From positions 9,509-73,508 of the forward strand of contig NIVC01003858.1 in NCBI GenBank assembly GCA_002269645.1: a stretch of 64,000 bases of DNA. Reading direction: 5' to 3'. The notes below the pieces were generated by a model. That model was not told the origin of the DNA, ran no database searches, and was given only the letters and a program-made list of their open reading frames with translations. Within the stretch, counting starts at the first letter, position 1; each line of letters opens with the position of its first letter. This document shows positions 24,905 through 38,590 of the stretch, piece after piece. A program made the position numbers and the translations under genes. This DNA comes from Macrostomum lignano. Lineage: Eukaryota.

Positions 24905-26719
24905 ATCTGGTTGCTAGGCAAAAATATGTGTAAATAAGCCAGTAAATTCACCAGCCTGACAATAACCCTTAATTAGCATTACATTGCGGCTTTTTGTTGT
25001 TTATTTACAGTGAAAAAAGACGTTAAAACCCTATTATTCTACTGCCTACCTTTTAGACAGCGTATCTAACTTTATTAATATTATTGTATTTGTTAATTTT
25101 GTCTAACCTTATTCAATGATATCTGGATAGGTAAATTTGAACTCGAATTTTTTTTAGTTTGTTTGATTTTTAAACTTTTATTTATTTTTGTGTAGCGTTA
25201 AGTGCGCTTTTTTGCCAGTTTATTTTAATCCCATGAATTTTATTAAACTATCTATTGTATTTTAACATGCTCATTTGGTCGCTTTTACCGTTTTTAGTGG
25301 TATTTGGAACTTTTTGGTGCCATAAAAATGCGTGTATTTTTTAACTAATAATGTCACGTAAATAATTTTCGAATTCTGTGTATACTACTTGAACCTAGGA
25401 TGGATATAAGTAGTATGCCAAGAATAATATCTACAAGAAATTGATTAGATTAGCAGCGCCGCCTACTAATATTGACTGCTAAAACTGATTGGCTTTTCAA
25501 CCCTGCTTTCCATATTTAAATACCATTGTTTTTAAACGTAACAAGTTTTTTACGTTTGTTTCGTTTGTGTGTGGCTTCCTAAAATTGTCTTAGTGAATGA
25601 ATTCAGCTCAATGTTTTCATAGAACAAGTGTTGGTTTTTAATTTAGCTTGTAGCATGGAACTAACGGGTAGCGATTTTATTGCTTGTTCCGTCTATGTGT
25701 TATATTCTTTGCGAGTATATGTGTTTTTAATGTTATTCTCCATGTTGGAATTTGCTCATGGTTATATAGACATCTATTCTGCCAATGTTCTTATTTACTC
25801 ATTAGTAGGCGGGAAGATTATTAAGCTTAAAACTGCAATGTTTAACAGAAGATCGTAAGCCATATTTGACTTCTGCGCAGCAAAGTGACTGTTTGACATT
25901 TATGTGCTCTAATGAAATGCACTAATTAAGGGTAGCAAACTTATTTGTTACAAATTCAGCTTTAAATATAAAAATTATAGATATCTAAATTTCGTCCAAG
26001 CTTTCTGTTGTTGTTGCTTTCTTGTTTATGATATTTGATAAATAAGTTGTAGGATGAATTTTTATTTAATATTCATATTAAGTAGGCTGGGAAGCGCGAC
26101 CCCAGCTGGTCGCACCCATGAGAAGGCCCAGGCCCAAGGCACAGAGAGTGTACATGCCTGACGATTAGAAGTCACAAGGCCGCTGTACACCCTGTGTGAG
26201 CGTGTGAACGAGTGCCGTGCCTGCGTACAGTGTTGGCGCGCTTGTTGGCGTGTGGCGTGTTCAGGAGTCAGCCCTCAATCCTCGTGTGATGGTATATTTT
26301 AGAAGTGTAAGATATCCTTTAAAATCCCCTACAGTGTTCCTCATTCTTGGGTCTTTGTAGCATATGCATAGTTGTAGGCAAAACTGAGATAATTTCTAAG
26401 AATATTCGTCTTCCAAATTGATGCATTACTGCCAGGCGCAATGGCTGGTCGCCCACCCAACAGCGATGATGGCACAGTGTTCAAGCTTGTTGTAGTGGGA
26501 AATGGTGGCGTTGGGAAAAGTGCTTTGACAATTCAGTACTTCCAGAAGATGTTTGTACAAGATTATGATCCCACGATTGAGGACTCTTATATCCAGTTTA
26601 AGATGATTGATAACGAATGGTACTTGCTTGATGTGCTTGATACAGCAGGTAAGTTCGCTCTGATTATTTGAAATGTCAATAGTTTAGTTAGTTGGCAAAG
26701 GTCACTCAGTGTGCACTGA

Positions 26720-27210
26720 GAACGTTACTGTGATACGAATCGCTAGAGTAATTGCAAATAACTCACTAGTGACTAACGACTCTATAAACTACTCTAGAGG
26801 CTTTTAAACTGCTCAAACGACTGCAATGCAACGGAGAGGCGACTTGAGTGATGGTCGCATCAATTGAGCTGTAGATCTGTAGGAGCCACAAAATGTCGTC
26901 CAATAATCGTGTTAGACCTTTACTTTCTATTAACTTCAATCCACTAAAGTTGTTATAAATGCGAATGAGATTCAAATTCATAAACTGATGCGGATGCGCT
27001 TTAGATGCAACTCGGTGTTTCTAAAGCGACTCTGGCCCCAGAGTCATTAAAGAAACGCCCCAGAGTCGCAGACAATAAAACGTCCCAAATTGACTCTTGG
27101 TGACATCTCATCGTTTTAGAGTCGTCTAAGAGTCACTTACCTATTTTACCTGTGTAACCTGCAACGACTCTTGGCGACGCAAGTGACTCTGAGACGCCTC
27201 TTGGCCTAGG
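26720..27210 (+). mobile_element. GACTC-rich dispersed repeat copy in M-Ras copy 2 intron 1
   Basis: Shares blocks with the other copies. Confidence 0.65.
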
Positions 27211-27859
27211 TACCGTTTTCATTATGCAGTCATTGTTTTGGTTCTCTGGCACAGTACGCACTGTGACTGTGCACCATGTTCGTGCTTAGGGGTCACCTAT
27301 GTGATTGTTTATACTGTTCTGTTCTAATCTGAACGTGCCGTTACTACTTTGTTATGTCTTTGCAGGTCAAGATGAGTTCTCTGCCATGCGAGAGCAGTAC
27401 ATGCGCAAAGGCGACGGCTTTCTGTTAGTCTATTCCGTTACTGATCGAAAAAGTTTCGAAGATATTCGACATTTTCATACGCAAATTTTGCGCGTTAAAG
27501 ATCGCGAACATTATCCAATGATTCTACTGGCTAATAAGGTGGATATCGTGCACCTGAGGCAGGTGTTTGAGGACGAGGGCAAAGCCCTGGCAAGTCAACT
27601 TAAAGTGAGTTCGTTGGATTAAATACATTTCATCTTATGAAATTAGCTTATAATTATAGTAAGTTTGGAGTACAGGTTGGCTGTGGTACAGTATGTAGTA
27701 CGCAAGGAAAGGAACGTCGTTAGAATATCTCTGGGAGAATTCTGCTACTACTCTTATTTAAGTACACACGTTTACGAAACAAGGCGCTACAAACACACCC
27801 TCTGAGAACAAAGTAAAGGAAGTGTGAACAAAACAATGTACGGTAGAGAAAACTGATCA

Positions 27860-29755
27860 GACAGGTTCAATAATTTTAATCAATGTATGCGCAGCAAACT
27901 AAGCACTGCAACATCAACCGAGTCCGATGCGAGGGTGTAGCTGGTTTTATACGATCGATTGACACCACTGAAGGCTTGCTGTTGGTTTCTAACGTGAATT
28001 TTGTCTGGTGTCTGTCTAAAGTCATACGTGGGTACATGCATGCAGCCAAAGCAGACGGAAGTTGAAGGACGGAGGCGCGTTCGTGCATAGTTGGGTGTAA
28101 GGAAAAAAACAGCTGGTGCAGGCTTGTAAACAGCTCCTTGGCAGTGGACCAATGACTGTCTCGTCCCCGAAAATATGCATCTCGCGGAGCACAACAGGTA
28201 GCTGCTGGAGCCAGTCCTTTCTGCGTACTCTCAACCCAACCTTCAGCGTCCGATAGATACTCAGCGATGCCATTCGCTCTCGGATATTTTAGGTTGGTGC
28301 GCGAGTGTAATAAAAAATTCCGAGCAGTATCGTCAAACTCTGCATGAGCTCCGCGCGGAACTGCCAGCCCTGGTCACTCGTCACGACCGTCAATGGTGGG
28401 CCGAACGGCGAAATCCTGGATTCTAGAAAGTGCGGCTGACTTGGCGACGATGTCGGGTGGCTTCAAATCCAGCGCGAATACGCGTCGACCATCGTGAGCA
28501 AGTAGCGAGGCCTTGGACTGACATCGGTAGCCGTGACAACCTGTCTTACACTGCTGACATTAGGCCATCAATTTTAGGATATCGACGATAACCATGTCCA
28601 GACAAAAGAAACGATAAATACAAGCGTAATGAGCCGTTGAGTAGCCTTGCTTCAATGGTGTGCGAACGAATGCAACGAATCGAACACGGCGTAGGTTTGT
28701 CTACTAGACAAAGACGCACCGCAGCGGGCAGTCCTTGATGCCGGCCCATGTCGAAGTTGCTAAAACCACCTGTTTAAGAATCGGTCTCCGGGCTCTAACT
28801 GTGCCCAAGCGACGACTGGCAGGTCCACGCATTGCGGAATGTCAGATTTGAGCCGAACAGTAGCTATTGGTTGGTCCTAGGCGGGGTAGACCAGCTGTTG
28901 TTATAGCGCGTCGGCCACGATGTTGTCTTTGGATAGTTAGAGTTGCTGCCGGTCAGAGAAACACCCTTTCCTATTCTCGAACACTCCGATGATGGGTTTG
29001 TGATCGCAGAACATGGAGGTCTGTTGATCCTGGATCATGTACTTCTGTCTTGACCGCGGAAAAGTAGGGAGTAGCTCTCAGCCTGCTGCTTCTGTATTGG
29101 ATAGCTTGTGTAAGTAGAAAGCCAATAGTGAAGACTGCCCAGCTACTACCTGGTTGAAAGCTTCTTCAATGGCGGTGGCGCTGAAATCTTTTGTGACTGT
29201 AAACGGCTCTTGAGATGCCTTCCAAGCGCCTTCGTATCGACTTGTCTAAATGAAAGAAGCAGTGACGAGCTGTCGTGGCGGGACGGCGTTATCGGCATAG
29301 TTGGGAATGCGCCGCTGGTAAAAAAAACATTCCGTGGTAGCGTTGCAATGATTGATAATCAGTGGGAAACTCGAGAGTTTTAGCGGCCGAATGCTGTCGG
29401 AAGCGACGAGGTTGCCAAGAAACTGCACTGAGTCGCGAAAGAGCTGGCGCGTCGCAGAATCGACGCTTAAACCTTTGTCGCTAAAGTGTCGCAGCATGCA
29501 TAGCTTTCACGTGATCTTGGTGCTTTTCTTGCGACTGGCTATATACCAGGATGTTTTAAATGCATTGCGTTACGAACGGAAGCTCGCGGAAGATGGAGTC
29601 TACGTACCGTTGGAACGTATTAGCAGCGTTTCGGCGGCCGAATTTCATTCGCAGGTATTCAAAAGAATCTAGCCGGTACAAATAGCCGTTTTGTTTCAAT
29701 GTCTTTGTCTGCCATCGGGACGAAGTGCTAGGCCTTGTTTAGTGGTAGGCTCTGT
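27860..29755 (-). mobile_element. Degenerate Ty3/Gypsy pol fragment (RT-RNaseH-integrase); no LTRs recognised
   Basis: Minus-strand motifs: FEYLRMKFGRRNAANTFQRYVDSIF, ILVYSQSQEKHQDH, QFLGNLVASDSIRP, DHKP, KDNIVADA, TVVTSDQGWQF, VSIDRIKPA. Many stops and frameshifts; the YxDD motif is lost. Confidence 0.85.
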
Positions 29756-31679
29756 CTGTGTTTATCAACCCCCAAGAATCGGTAGTAAAACATCTCAATA
29801 ATCGAACCCCCACCCTCAAATCCAATACATCGAGACCAGCGCTAAAGACCCGCCATTCAATGTTGATGAAGCCTTCAGCGCAATTGTACGAATTGTCCGA
29901 AATCAGCCACGCGAGGCGGTGCCGGCGAAAGAGAAAAAACGGCGCAGAGGCGCGGGGCGCAAACTCAAATGCGAGCTCATGTAAATCTGGTTGCTAAGAT
30001 GGGAAAGATGGGTAAATAATCCAGTAAATTCACCAGCCTGACAAAAAACTTCAATAGGCATTAAATAGCTTTTTTGTCGTTTAGGGGAAAAATACGTTAA
30101 AACCTCTATTATGCTACTGCCTACCTTTTGGGCAGCGTCTCTACGTTTATATACATTGTTTTTGTCATTGTCGAATTTTATAGCAGGCTTTTTGCCAGTT
30201 TATTGTATCCCATCAATTTTATTAAGTTCTCTATTGTCTTTTAATTTTGCTCATCATACCAAACAATCCTTTTCTCTTTTACAAATTATAAAAACAGCAT
30301 ATCTGTATTATTTATTCGGAAAATAGTCTAAAATTGACCATCTTTGGACGAGAAAATCCCCATGATCCCAGCCCCAGCTGCAGCGGCAACAGTAACTTTC
30401 GTGATGATGAAGTTCATTTATTGAATTCTGTGTATACTACTTCAGAATATCACTGAATATGAGTAGTATGCTTGGATTAAAATCTACCAGAAATCAATTA
30501 GAGATTAGCTCTGCCTACTAATAGAATGGAAAAACTGATTGCTGATCATCAAGCCCTGATTTATATATTTAAATACCATTGTAGCTATTTTTATGCCGTA
30601 TTGTTAACATCATCAATGCAAAGATGCACGAATTTTGTCTCAATGCTTTCATAGAAAAAGGGTTGCTTTTTAAAATAGCATGAAGCCAACAGGTAGTCAT
30701 GCTATTGTTTGTTCTGTGTCTGTATAGGTGTGATATAATATTTTTTATATTTGTTATATTTTTATTGTCTATATGCAGTTTTGAATTGGCTCGACTTGGT
30801 AAAAAATGCACTAATTAAGGGTACCAAACTTATTCGCTACAAATTCAACTGCAAATATAAATATTTGATAGCTAATTTCGTCCCAGCTTTTTGCTGTTGT
30901 TATTGTTGTTTTCCGAATATGCCTCTGTCTTAAAAATTTGAGAGATTAGTTGTTTTATTGTTCTTATTAAAAGGCTACGAATAGTAGTGCGGCTACTATA
31001 TTATAATACATAGTACTCGTATTAGTACAAAGCAATTGTAGTATTTGAGCGTAGTTCATATAGCAGCACAATATACCAATATACATGCCTTATTGTATGT
31101 ATATATGTAACTGCATATCAATTATAGGAAAATCTTACTTATAGGGTTCCTGCGCCTCTGTCCAATAAGTGGAACAATACATGTAGAGCCGCGAGAGTTC
31201 AGAAATTATTTATGAGCAATTGAGCAGTAATCTCATTCTCACACTACACTATACGCATGAACAATATAGCTGGTATGCACCGAAGGTACGACAGCGAAAC
31301 ACGAAGAACCTTTTCCTTTTCTTGGGCCTGTTACCATATCATTTATTAGTTCATATGATATAGAAAAATATTGTTTAGAATATCTTCCTTAGCTAAGCAG
31401 ATATTTATTGTGCAAAAATTAGTTATTATGTATGAATTCCGTGGTAGAATTTTTATTCTGATATATTCCTGAGCGAAATTCATTACCTATTTAGGTCTGT
31501 AACAGGGTGTAGGTTAGGGTTTAAATTCAGGTTTAGAATACTTTTGTAGGGGTTAATGAAATCGCTGACAGTATTATATATGCTGTCATTAGGCCTACTT
31601 CCAGGTTATAACTTAATCCCTAATTCTTAACTCCTATTCCTAAACCCTTAACGACATGTTTATCATAACTGCCTCTTGA

Positions 31680-31900
31680 GGGGCGCCCCTGTCTCTTTGG
31701 TAGGCACCCCACCGCCCCTGTCTCTTGGTGGGCGCCCCTGTCTCTTGGTGGGCGCCCCTGTTTCTTGGTGGGTGTCCCTATCTCTTAGTTGGGCGCCCCT
31801 GTTTCTTGGTGGGTGTCCCTATCTCTTAGTTGGGCGCCCCTGTTTCTTGGTGGGCGGGGGCCCCCAGCTGTCTCTTAGTTGGGCGCCCCTGTCTCTTGAT
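31680..31900. repeat. ~20-bp minisatellite (gggcgcccctgtctcttggt)
   Basis: Direct reading. Confidence 0.85.
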
Positions 31901-32639
31901 GGGCACACTACCCCGGTGCATGGCTGCCATGTCCAAGGTGAGGCAAAAGTTGAGCTCCTAGCATTCATCGAGCTTTGTTACCTGTTTCATTTAGTTTTCG
32001 GAGGGGCATTGAGGTGGGGTCGCCCCTTCCTCCTGACCCCCTTTGCGTACCGTACGCCACCCAAATAGAACCTTTTTAATAGCTACTGTCTTTCTAGCCA
32101 GCTCTTCAAATGTACACAAAATATTTAGCAAGTGTCTTGCATTTGAATAAGTTTCGTAGTAGGAGACGAAAGAAACTAAACAGAATAATGGCAGTGTTCA
32201 GCTGTTCAGAGCTGTAAGCAAGCATAATTGGAATAGGAGGAGAGAGGGTGTAACTGCAGGTAACCGCTTAAACAACTAAGTGCAAGCATAGCCGTTGGGT
32301 CATTACAAAAGATTGGTCGCTGCAAAAACAGCGACTGGCACAGCGGGCGAGACAAGCTCAGATGCTCTGTGCGCTACCTCGAGTGAGACGGCGACGAGGG
32401 CCTTAGCAACAGAAATGATGAAATCTCGCCAGTCGCCAATGGAGCCGGAGGCGGACAGAGGCGCTTACAATAGTCGGCCATCGACAGGGGCTGAGTCAGC
32501 TGCAACACTGGCCGATTCAACATGTTTCAATTCTGTTGGAGAGGTGCGTGCAGTGATTCTGTGTACTTTTCTTTCGATTTATACTCGTACAGTACCCAGT
32601 AGGTAACTTCTAAAGTTAAATCGCTTTTAAAACTCTGAA

Positions 32640-33205
32640 TGGTTGACTGACTGTCTTTAAAGCTCTGGATGGTTAACTGACTGTCTTAAAGCTGCCATCA
32701 AAGCTCTGGATGGTTAACCACTGAACCACTGGCTTGTACAGCTCTGGATGGTTAACCACTGAACCACTGGCTTGTACAGCTCTGGATGGTTAACCACTGG
32801 CTTGTACAGCTCGGGATGGTTAACCACTGGCTTGTACAGCTCTGGATGGTTAACCACTGGCTTGTACAAGCTCTGGATGGTTAACCACTGGCTTGTACAG
32901 CTCTGGATGGTTAACCACTGGCTTGTACAGCTCTGGAAGGTTAACCACTGGCTTGTACAGCTCTGGATGGTTAACCACTAGCTTGTACAGCTCTGGATAT
33001 TTAACCACTGGCTTGCACAAGCTCTGGATGGTTAACCACTGGCTTGTACAGCTCTGGATGGTTAACCACTGGCTGTTAAAGCTCTGGATGGTTAACCACT
33101 GCTTGTACAGCTCTGGATATTTAACCACTGCTTGTACAAGCTCTGGATGGTTAACCACTGGCTGTTAAAGCTCTGCATGGTTAACCACTGGCTCTTAAAG
33201 CTCTA
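32640..33205. repeat. 30-bp minisatellite (ctctggatggttaaccactggcttgtacag) upstream of ANKUB1
   Basis: Period 30 (32780, 32810). Confidence 0.92.
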
Positions 33206-33351
33206 TAGTGATATCTGTTTTTGTCCATCAATTCGACTGACAGACGTTTATTGGCAAAACCTTGAGCAATTTCGAATCTTACTATCGCATATTGCAGTCT
33301 AAAATCCTTATTTCCATTCGACTTCTACGTCAATTCCCACAGCGCAAGAAG

Positions 33352-35970
33352 ATGCGCCTATTCATCTGCCACGAAAACGGTCGCAACACGATGGACGTGC
33401 CCGAAGGAAAAACTGTAGGTGCCATCAAACAGATCATCAAAGGTGAGCACTGACTGTGTACACATCTCTGTGCCTTGGGGTCGTCGGCCCTCATCGGTCC
33501 TGATCGAAATAGCAAATAACAAAGCCACAAAGCCAAGTGGAACGACAAAAACTACATCATTCGATCAACTAAATGTATGTACTCAGCCTCCCGATGTACA
33601 TTAGCATCATCTAATTTTGGTACTCAAGTTGTCCGACACTGCAACACATCAATTGCTACAAAAAAACCTGCTCAAACCAAACTCACGCAGATCGATTTAA
33701 AATTCGAGTGGATCAAGTCCAACTAGGCGACATCAATTTCGAGCGCAATACGCTCGTGCTGGCGTACGCTGGCGGCGAGCTGGACGACCGCTGGGTCCTG
33801 TCGGACATGGGCATCAAGCCGGGCTCGACGCTGCGAGCCTACGTCAAGGAAGAAACAGATCCCGTGCTGTACCTTCGCCTGTGCTACAACGAGGAGATGG
33901 TTCCCATACTGGACCGGCTCAACCTTACCGGATTCCCCGTGTCCGCTCTCCGCAGCATGGCCTCCAGGCGCAGCGGCCTGCCAGTGGGAATATTTCGCCT
34001 AGCAACCAGCCAGGGAGTGGAAATGTTCGACTGTCACAGCCTGGACGAGTACTCGGTGAAGCCCGGGGACACTGTCCGAGTTGAGACCTGGGACGGCTGG
34101 ATCGACCTGCTGCGTCTGTCCGCACTGGGTTTCACCAGCCACCTGTTGGAGAAAATTTCGCCAACTGACGAAGTGCTTGCCAAATTCCAGATGAAGGTGG
34201 CCCTGTACATGGCTGCTCATTTCGGTCAGGTGGAGTTGAGCACTACCCTGACCAGGCAGCACGGAGTTCGAGCCGATGAAGCTGTCGGTCCGCACCCGCT
34301 GAAACAGTGGTGCACAGCCGAGCGACATCCAGACCTGAAGAAGACTCCGATTCACGAGGCTGTCGAGATGGGCCAGCTATCCGTGCTGCGCGGATTTGTG
34401 CACCACAATGTCTGCTCAATCATGGTCCGCGATGGTGCCGGCCTGCAGCCGCTGAATTTGGCTCTGCGCCAGAAGCAGAAATCGTGCGCCAGCTTTCTGC
34501 TAACAAAACAGTGGAGTCGCATCGGCTACGGCAGCGGGACTGTTCCGCTGGCCATCTTTGCCAGGATGAAGAACTGGTCGGAGAAGGCCAAGGACCGGGT
34601 GACCGTGCTGTATGGGCAGGAGAAGTGAGTCTCTGTGAGAAGCACTCTGAAGGGATGGGGCACTCTGAAATGATGGGCCCTATGAGGTTATTAGCATCTA
34701 TTGTTACGAGCACTCTGAAAATATGAGCACTCTGAAGATATGAGCCCTCTGATGTTATGAGCACTCTGACGCCATGAGCACTCTGAAGATATAGCTCGTA
34801 AGAAATCTGATATTACGAGCACTCCGATGTTTTGAGCACTCTAAAGATACATGTATGAGCACTCTGAAGATATGAGCCCTCAGATGTTGTGAGCGCTCGG
34901 CTGTTATAAGCATTTTAAAGATATGAGCACCCCGAAGATACATGTGAGCATTTTGAAAGACCAGACACTTGTGAAAGGAAGTCAAATAAGATAAAAAACT
35001 GTTTCTGTCAAATATATTAATCATATTTGCTAGCAAGCGTCAAAATTATTTATAATAATGCAATCTAAGCTTTAAATTTGGCATACAGATATCACAACCC
35101 ACCACTGATGCAGATCCTCGCTAAAGAAGAAGCCCATCAAGGGCTATCCCCTGGTTGGCCAGGGTGTCTACGTTGACGGCTTCAGCCAGCAGCAGCTCAA
35201 CAGCAGCAACAAACCACCAGCTAACAAGCAAGAAACCGAAGTCACCAGGGCCATCGATCGGTACTATTCCGCCATGTACCGAACTGACCCCGAGGATCAC
35301 TTCAAGAAGGTTACTAAACTGATGAAGACGCCAAAACAGAAGGTAAAATTGAATTTTTTGTTTGATATTTGGGATCATAGTTGTTATATATTGCATTACA
35401 TTATGGTAATCCTTTTTATTACACCTGCCCAAATTGGGCCACGTGTGCAACCGACAGCTCAGCCGCAGCTATCGCGCGGTGCATCTGAAAGCTGCGTACG
35501 GCTGTTCAGTCCAAGGACTGGGGGGGTCGCCACACACACCCTCAATTACCCCAGCTAATGCTGGCACCCATTTTACAGCTGAGTAAACTGAAGCAATGCA
35601 GAGTTAAGTGTCCTGCTCAAGGACACAAATTGCTCCGAGTGGGATCGGGAATCGAACCCCCGACCTTCAAGTCTTGAGTCCGACGCTCAACTCCCTTTGA
35701 ACAATCTTTATATACAATCTAGGTTATTCCTGCTTTGACTCGCAAGAAATTGGTAAGAGAACTATTGGCAATTGTTAGAAAGTTTTACTATTGTTATGCA
35801 CCTTCAATTCTTGATAAGATGCAAGTACAATGGATAAGGCCAACACTTCAGTGATTTCTATTAATTAAACTTTTACACATTTTACCATTAATACTATTTA
35901 GTAGCTACTAATTAGTAGTGCGGATCAATTAAAAAAGCACTACTAGCATATTTATACCAATGTCGACAAC

Positions 35971-36063
<93 letters not shown>

Positions 36064-36188
36064 GTCTTTCTGTGTCTGTCTGTCTGTCTGTCTGTCTGTC
36101 TTTCTGTCTGTCTGTCTGTCTGTCTTTCTGTTTCTGTCTTGTGTCTGTCTGTCTTTCTGTTTCTGTCTTGTGTCTGTCTGTCTGTCTT

Positions 36189-36281
<93 letters not shown>

Positions 36282-38590
36282 GTCTGTCTCTGTCTTGTGT
36301 CTGTCTTGTGTCTGTCTGTCTGTCTGTCTATTGTGTCTGTCTGTCATATCTGCCATAATATCTGTCAATCAGCAAGCACCTAAACACTTTGATCATTGCA
36401 GAGCAAGTGGGCAAAGATGGCTGGCGCAGGCGGCAACCGTGGGGACCAGGATGCAGCCGCCCCGATGGCCCGCATCGACTCCGCGTCAACAACTCCGCCT
36501 CAGACTCAGCAGCAGCAACAGGCACCCGGCGGAGTGAAGCTACCACCGCTGCAACAGTCATCTGGTAGCGCGGTGTACATTGAGACTGGCAAGCAGGCGG
36601 CCAAGAAGCAGCCGCAGAAGCAGCTGCAACAGAAATCGCAGGCCACAACAAGCAGTTTACAGCTAACAAAAGCCAAAGGCAACGATGGGGCAATTCCGCT
36701 TCCTCTGCACAGCGTTGAGGTGATTCTACTAAAATATCTGTTGCTGAGATGTCAAGGCTTATTGGGGGAATTGCTGAGATGTCAAGGCTGACGGGGGAAT
36801 TGCTGAGATGTCAAGGCTTATTGGGGGAATTGCTGAGATGTCAAGGCTTACAGCTGGGGGAATTACTGAGATGGCAAGGCTTACTGGGGAATTGCTGAGA
36901 TGTCAAGGCTTATAGCTGGGGGAATTGCTGAGATGTCAAGGCTTATAGCTGGGGGAATTGCTGAGATGTCAAGGCTTATAGCTGGGGGAATTGCTGAGAT
37001 GTCAAGGCTTACAGCTGGGGGAATTGCTGAGATGTCAAGGCTTACAGCTGGGGGAATTGCTGAGATGTCAAGGCTTACAGCTGGGGGAATTGCTGAGATG
37101 TCAAGGCTTATAGCTGGGGGAATTGCTGAGATATCAAAGCTGACGGGGGAATTGCTGAGATGTCAAGGCTTATTGGGGGAATTGATGAGATGTCAAAGCT
37201 TATTGGGGGAATTGCTGAGATGTCAAGGCTTAGGTCAGAATCTATCTACATGTACTTTTAATTTTTAAAAAAATTCCATTATTGCTGCTTCCCCAACGTT
37301 TCTCAAGGGTCATTCCCGACAAGTTTATAGCGGCCCTGACTATCTCATGCTTGCGTGGCGTGACTGTAAAATATTGCCCAACCATTTTTGCACATTTCGA
37401 TCAATTTTTAACAAATATTACCATGCAGGAGTCTCCTCCTCAAGTAAAATAGCCAACTTTCCAAGATGCTATACTACATGCAGCTAAATGTAGTTCGCAT
37501 ATCGCTAGTGCATCTTTTTATTAGTAAGTATAAACTTTAGAGAACGTATATCGCTGAATCAATTTTTTTTCCATAGGCAATGTCGGTCGCAAAAGAAACC
37601 ACGCTAGAAAAATCCGCTACATTTGAAGAAAACTCGTACAAGCAGTGACCTCGTTTCTTAGAAATCATTTTAAAGTATGGTTTAGCCGAAAAATACTAGC
37701 GTGCACTTATCGAAATATTTATAATTAATTATTTGATATAATCATAATATTCGAGCGTACAGGTTTATTTCAAAACTATTTTCAAAAACGTCATTGAAAA
37801 GTATGACTAGCTATGCACCTTTTGTATAGATAAATATAGATATAAATATCTAGAGAAAAAAACAAAAAAGAAAACTATATAAAAATGAATAAAGCGAATA
37901 ATGTAAAGGCAAACTATAGCTTCTTATAGATTTGAACTTTATTCTTTATAATTTCATTAAAAACTACCCCTAAACTTATGTCGAATAAATAAAAAAGTTT
38001 AGAAAACAAATGATTTCTAAAAAACAAATAATTTCTAAGAAACAAATAATTTCTAAGAAACAAATAATGTCTAAGAAACAAATAATTTCTAAGAAACAAA
38101 TGATTTCTAAGAAGCAAATGATTTCTAAGAAACAAATAATTATAGAAAATATAATTTCTAAGAAACAAATAATTTCTATAAAACAAATAATTTCTAAGAA
38201 ACAAATGATTTCTAAGAAACAAATGATTTCTAAGAAACAAATAAAAAAACAAATAATTTCTAAGAAACCAATAATTTCTAAGAAACAAATAATTTCTTCT
38301 GCCCTCGTTTAAGTAGTTTTTGTGTTCTGTGCTAATTGCAGGACACACCGCGGCCGTTCCTGCACCTGAGGAAAGGTCAAACAAACGAAGTTCAGCAGGT
38401 GCTGGATCTGTACTATCGGCAGAGAGGCGTTCCAGCCCGGGAGTACGCCATCCAGTGTCTGAGTGCGGCGCAGAGCTTCAAAGACAAGCCGTGGCTTCAT
38501 CAAGTCCGGCTGGCGATGAGCTTCACGGAGACTGGAGTGCGAAAAATGACTAATAAGAACAGCCATAATCTGTTTGGCACGAACCAATAG
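33352..38590 (+). CDS. ANKUB1: Ankyrin repeat and ubiquitin domain-containing protein 1, 606 aa: join(33352..33442,33691..34624,35114..35342,36402..36719,38342..38590)
   Basis: MRLFI.. start, [16 protein letters not shown] Ub-like domain, [55 protein letters not shown] and the C-terminal [19 protein letters not shown] all match ANKUB1 as I recall it. Phases 1,2,0,0; 1821 nt in frame. Confidence 0.9.
34630..34960. repeat. Degenerate ~20-bp minisatellite (gagcactctgaagatat), ANKUB1 intron 2
   Basis: Direct reading. Confidence 0.8.
35500..35692 (-). mobile_element. tRNA-derived CORE-type SINE
   Basis: Minus strand: B-box ggttcgattcc, then tgtccttgagcaggacacttaactctgcattgcttcagtttactcagctgtaaaatggg, which resembles the MIR/CORE domain; tail shared with 63229-63425. 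Confidence 0.75.
35970..36345. repeat. (TCTG)n microsatellite, ANKUB1 intron 3
   Basis: Direct reading. Confidence 0.95.
36745..37232. repeat. 33-bp minisatellite (gggggaattgctgagatgtcaaggcttatagct), ANKUB1 intron 4
   Basis: Direct reading. Confidence 0.92.
38008..38297. repeat. 18-bp minisatellite (aaacaaataatttctaag), ANKUB1 intron 4
   Basis: Direct reading. Confidence 0.92.

Larger units (their letters stand above)
26441..29984 (+). pseudogene. MRAS: M-Ras paralog, copy 2: 26441..26648, 27366..27604, 29820..29984; last acceptor mutated AG>AA (possible pseudogene)
   Basis: Exon lengths equal copy 1 (208/239/165) and the reading frames are intact. The exon 3 boundary reads caccctcaa|atccaatac versus cgccctcag|atccagtac in copy 1, and an in-frame TAA at 29799 blocks upstream acceptors. 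Confidence 0.7.
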
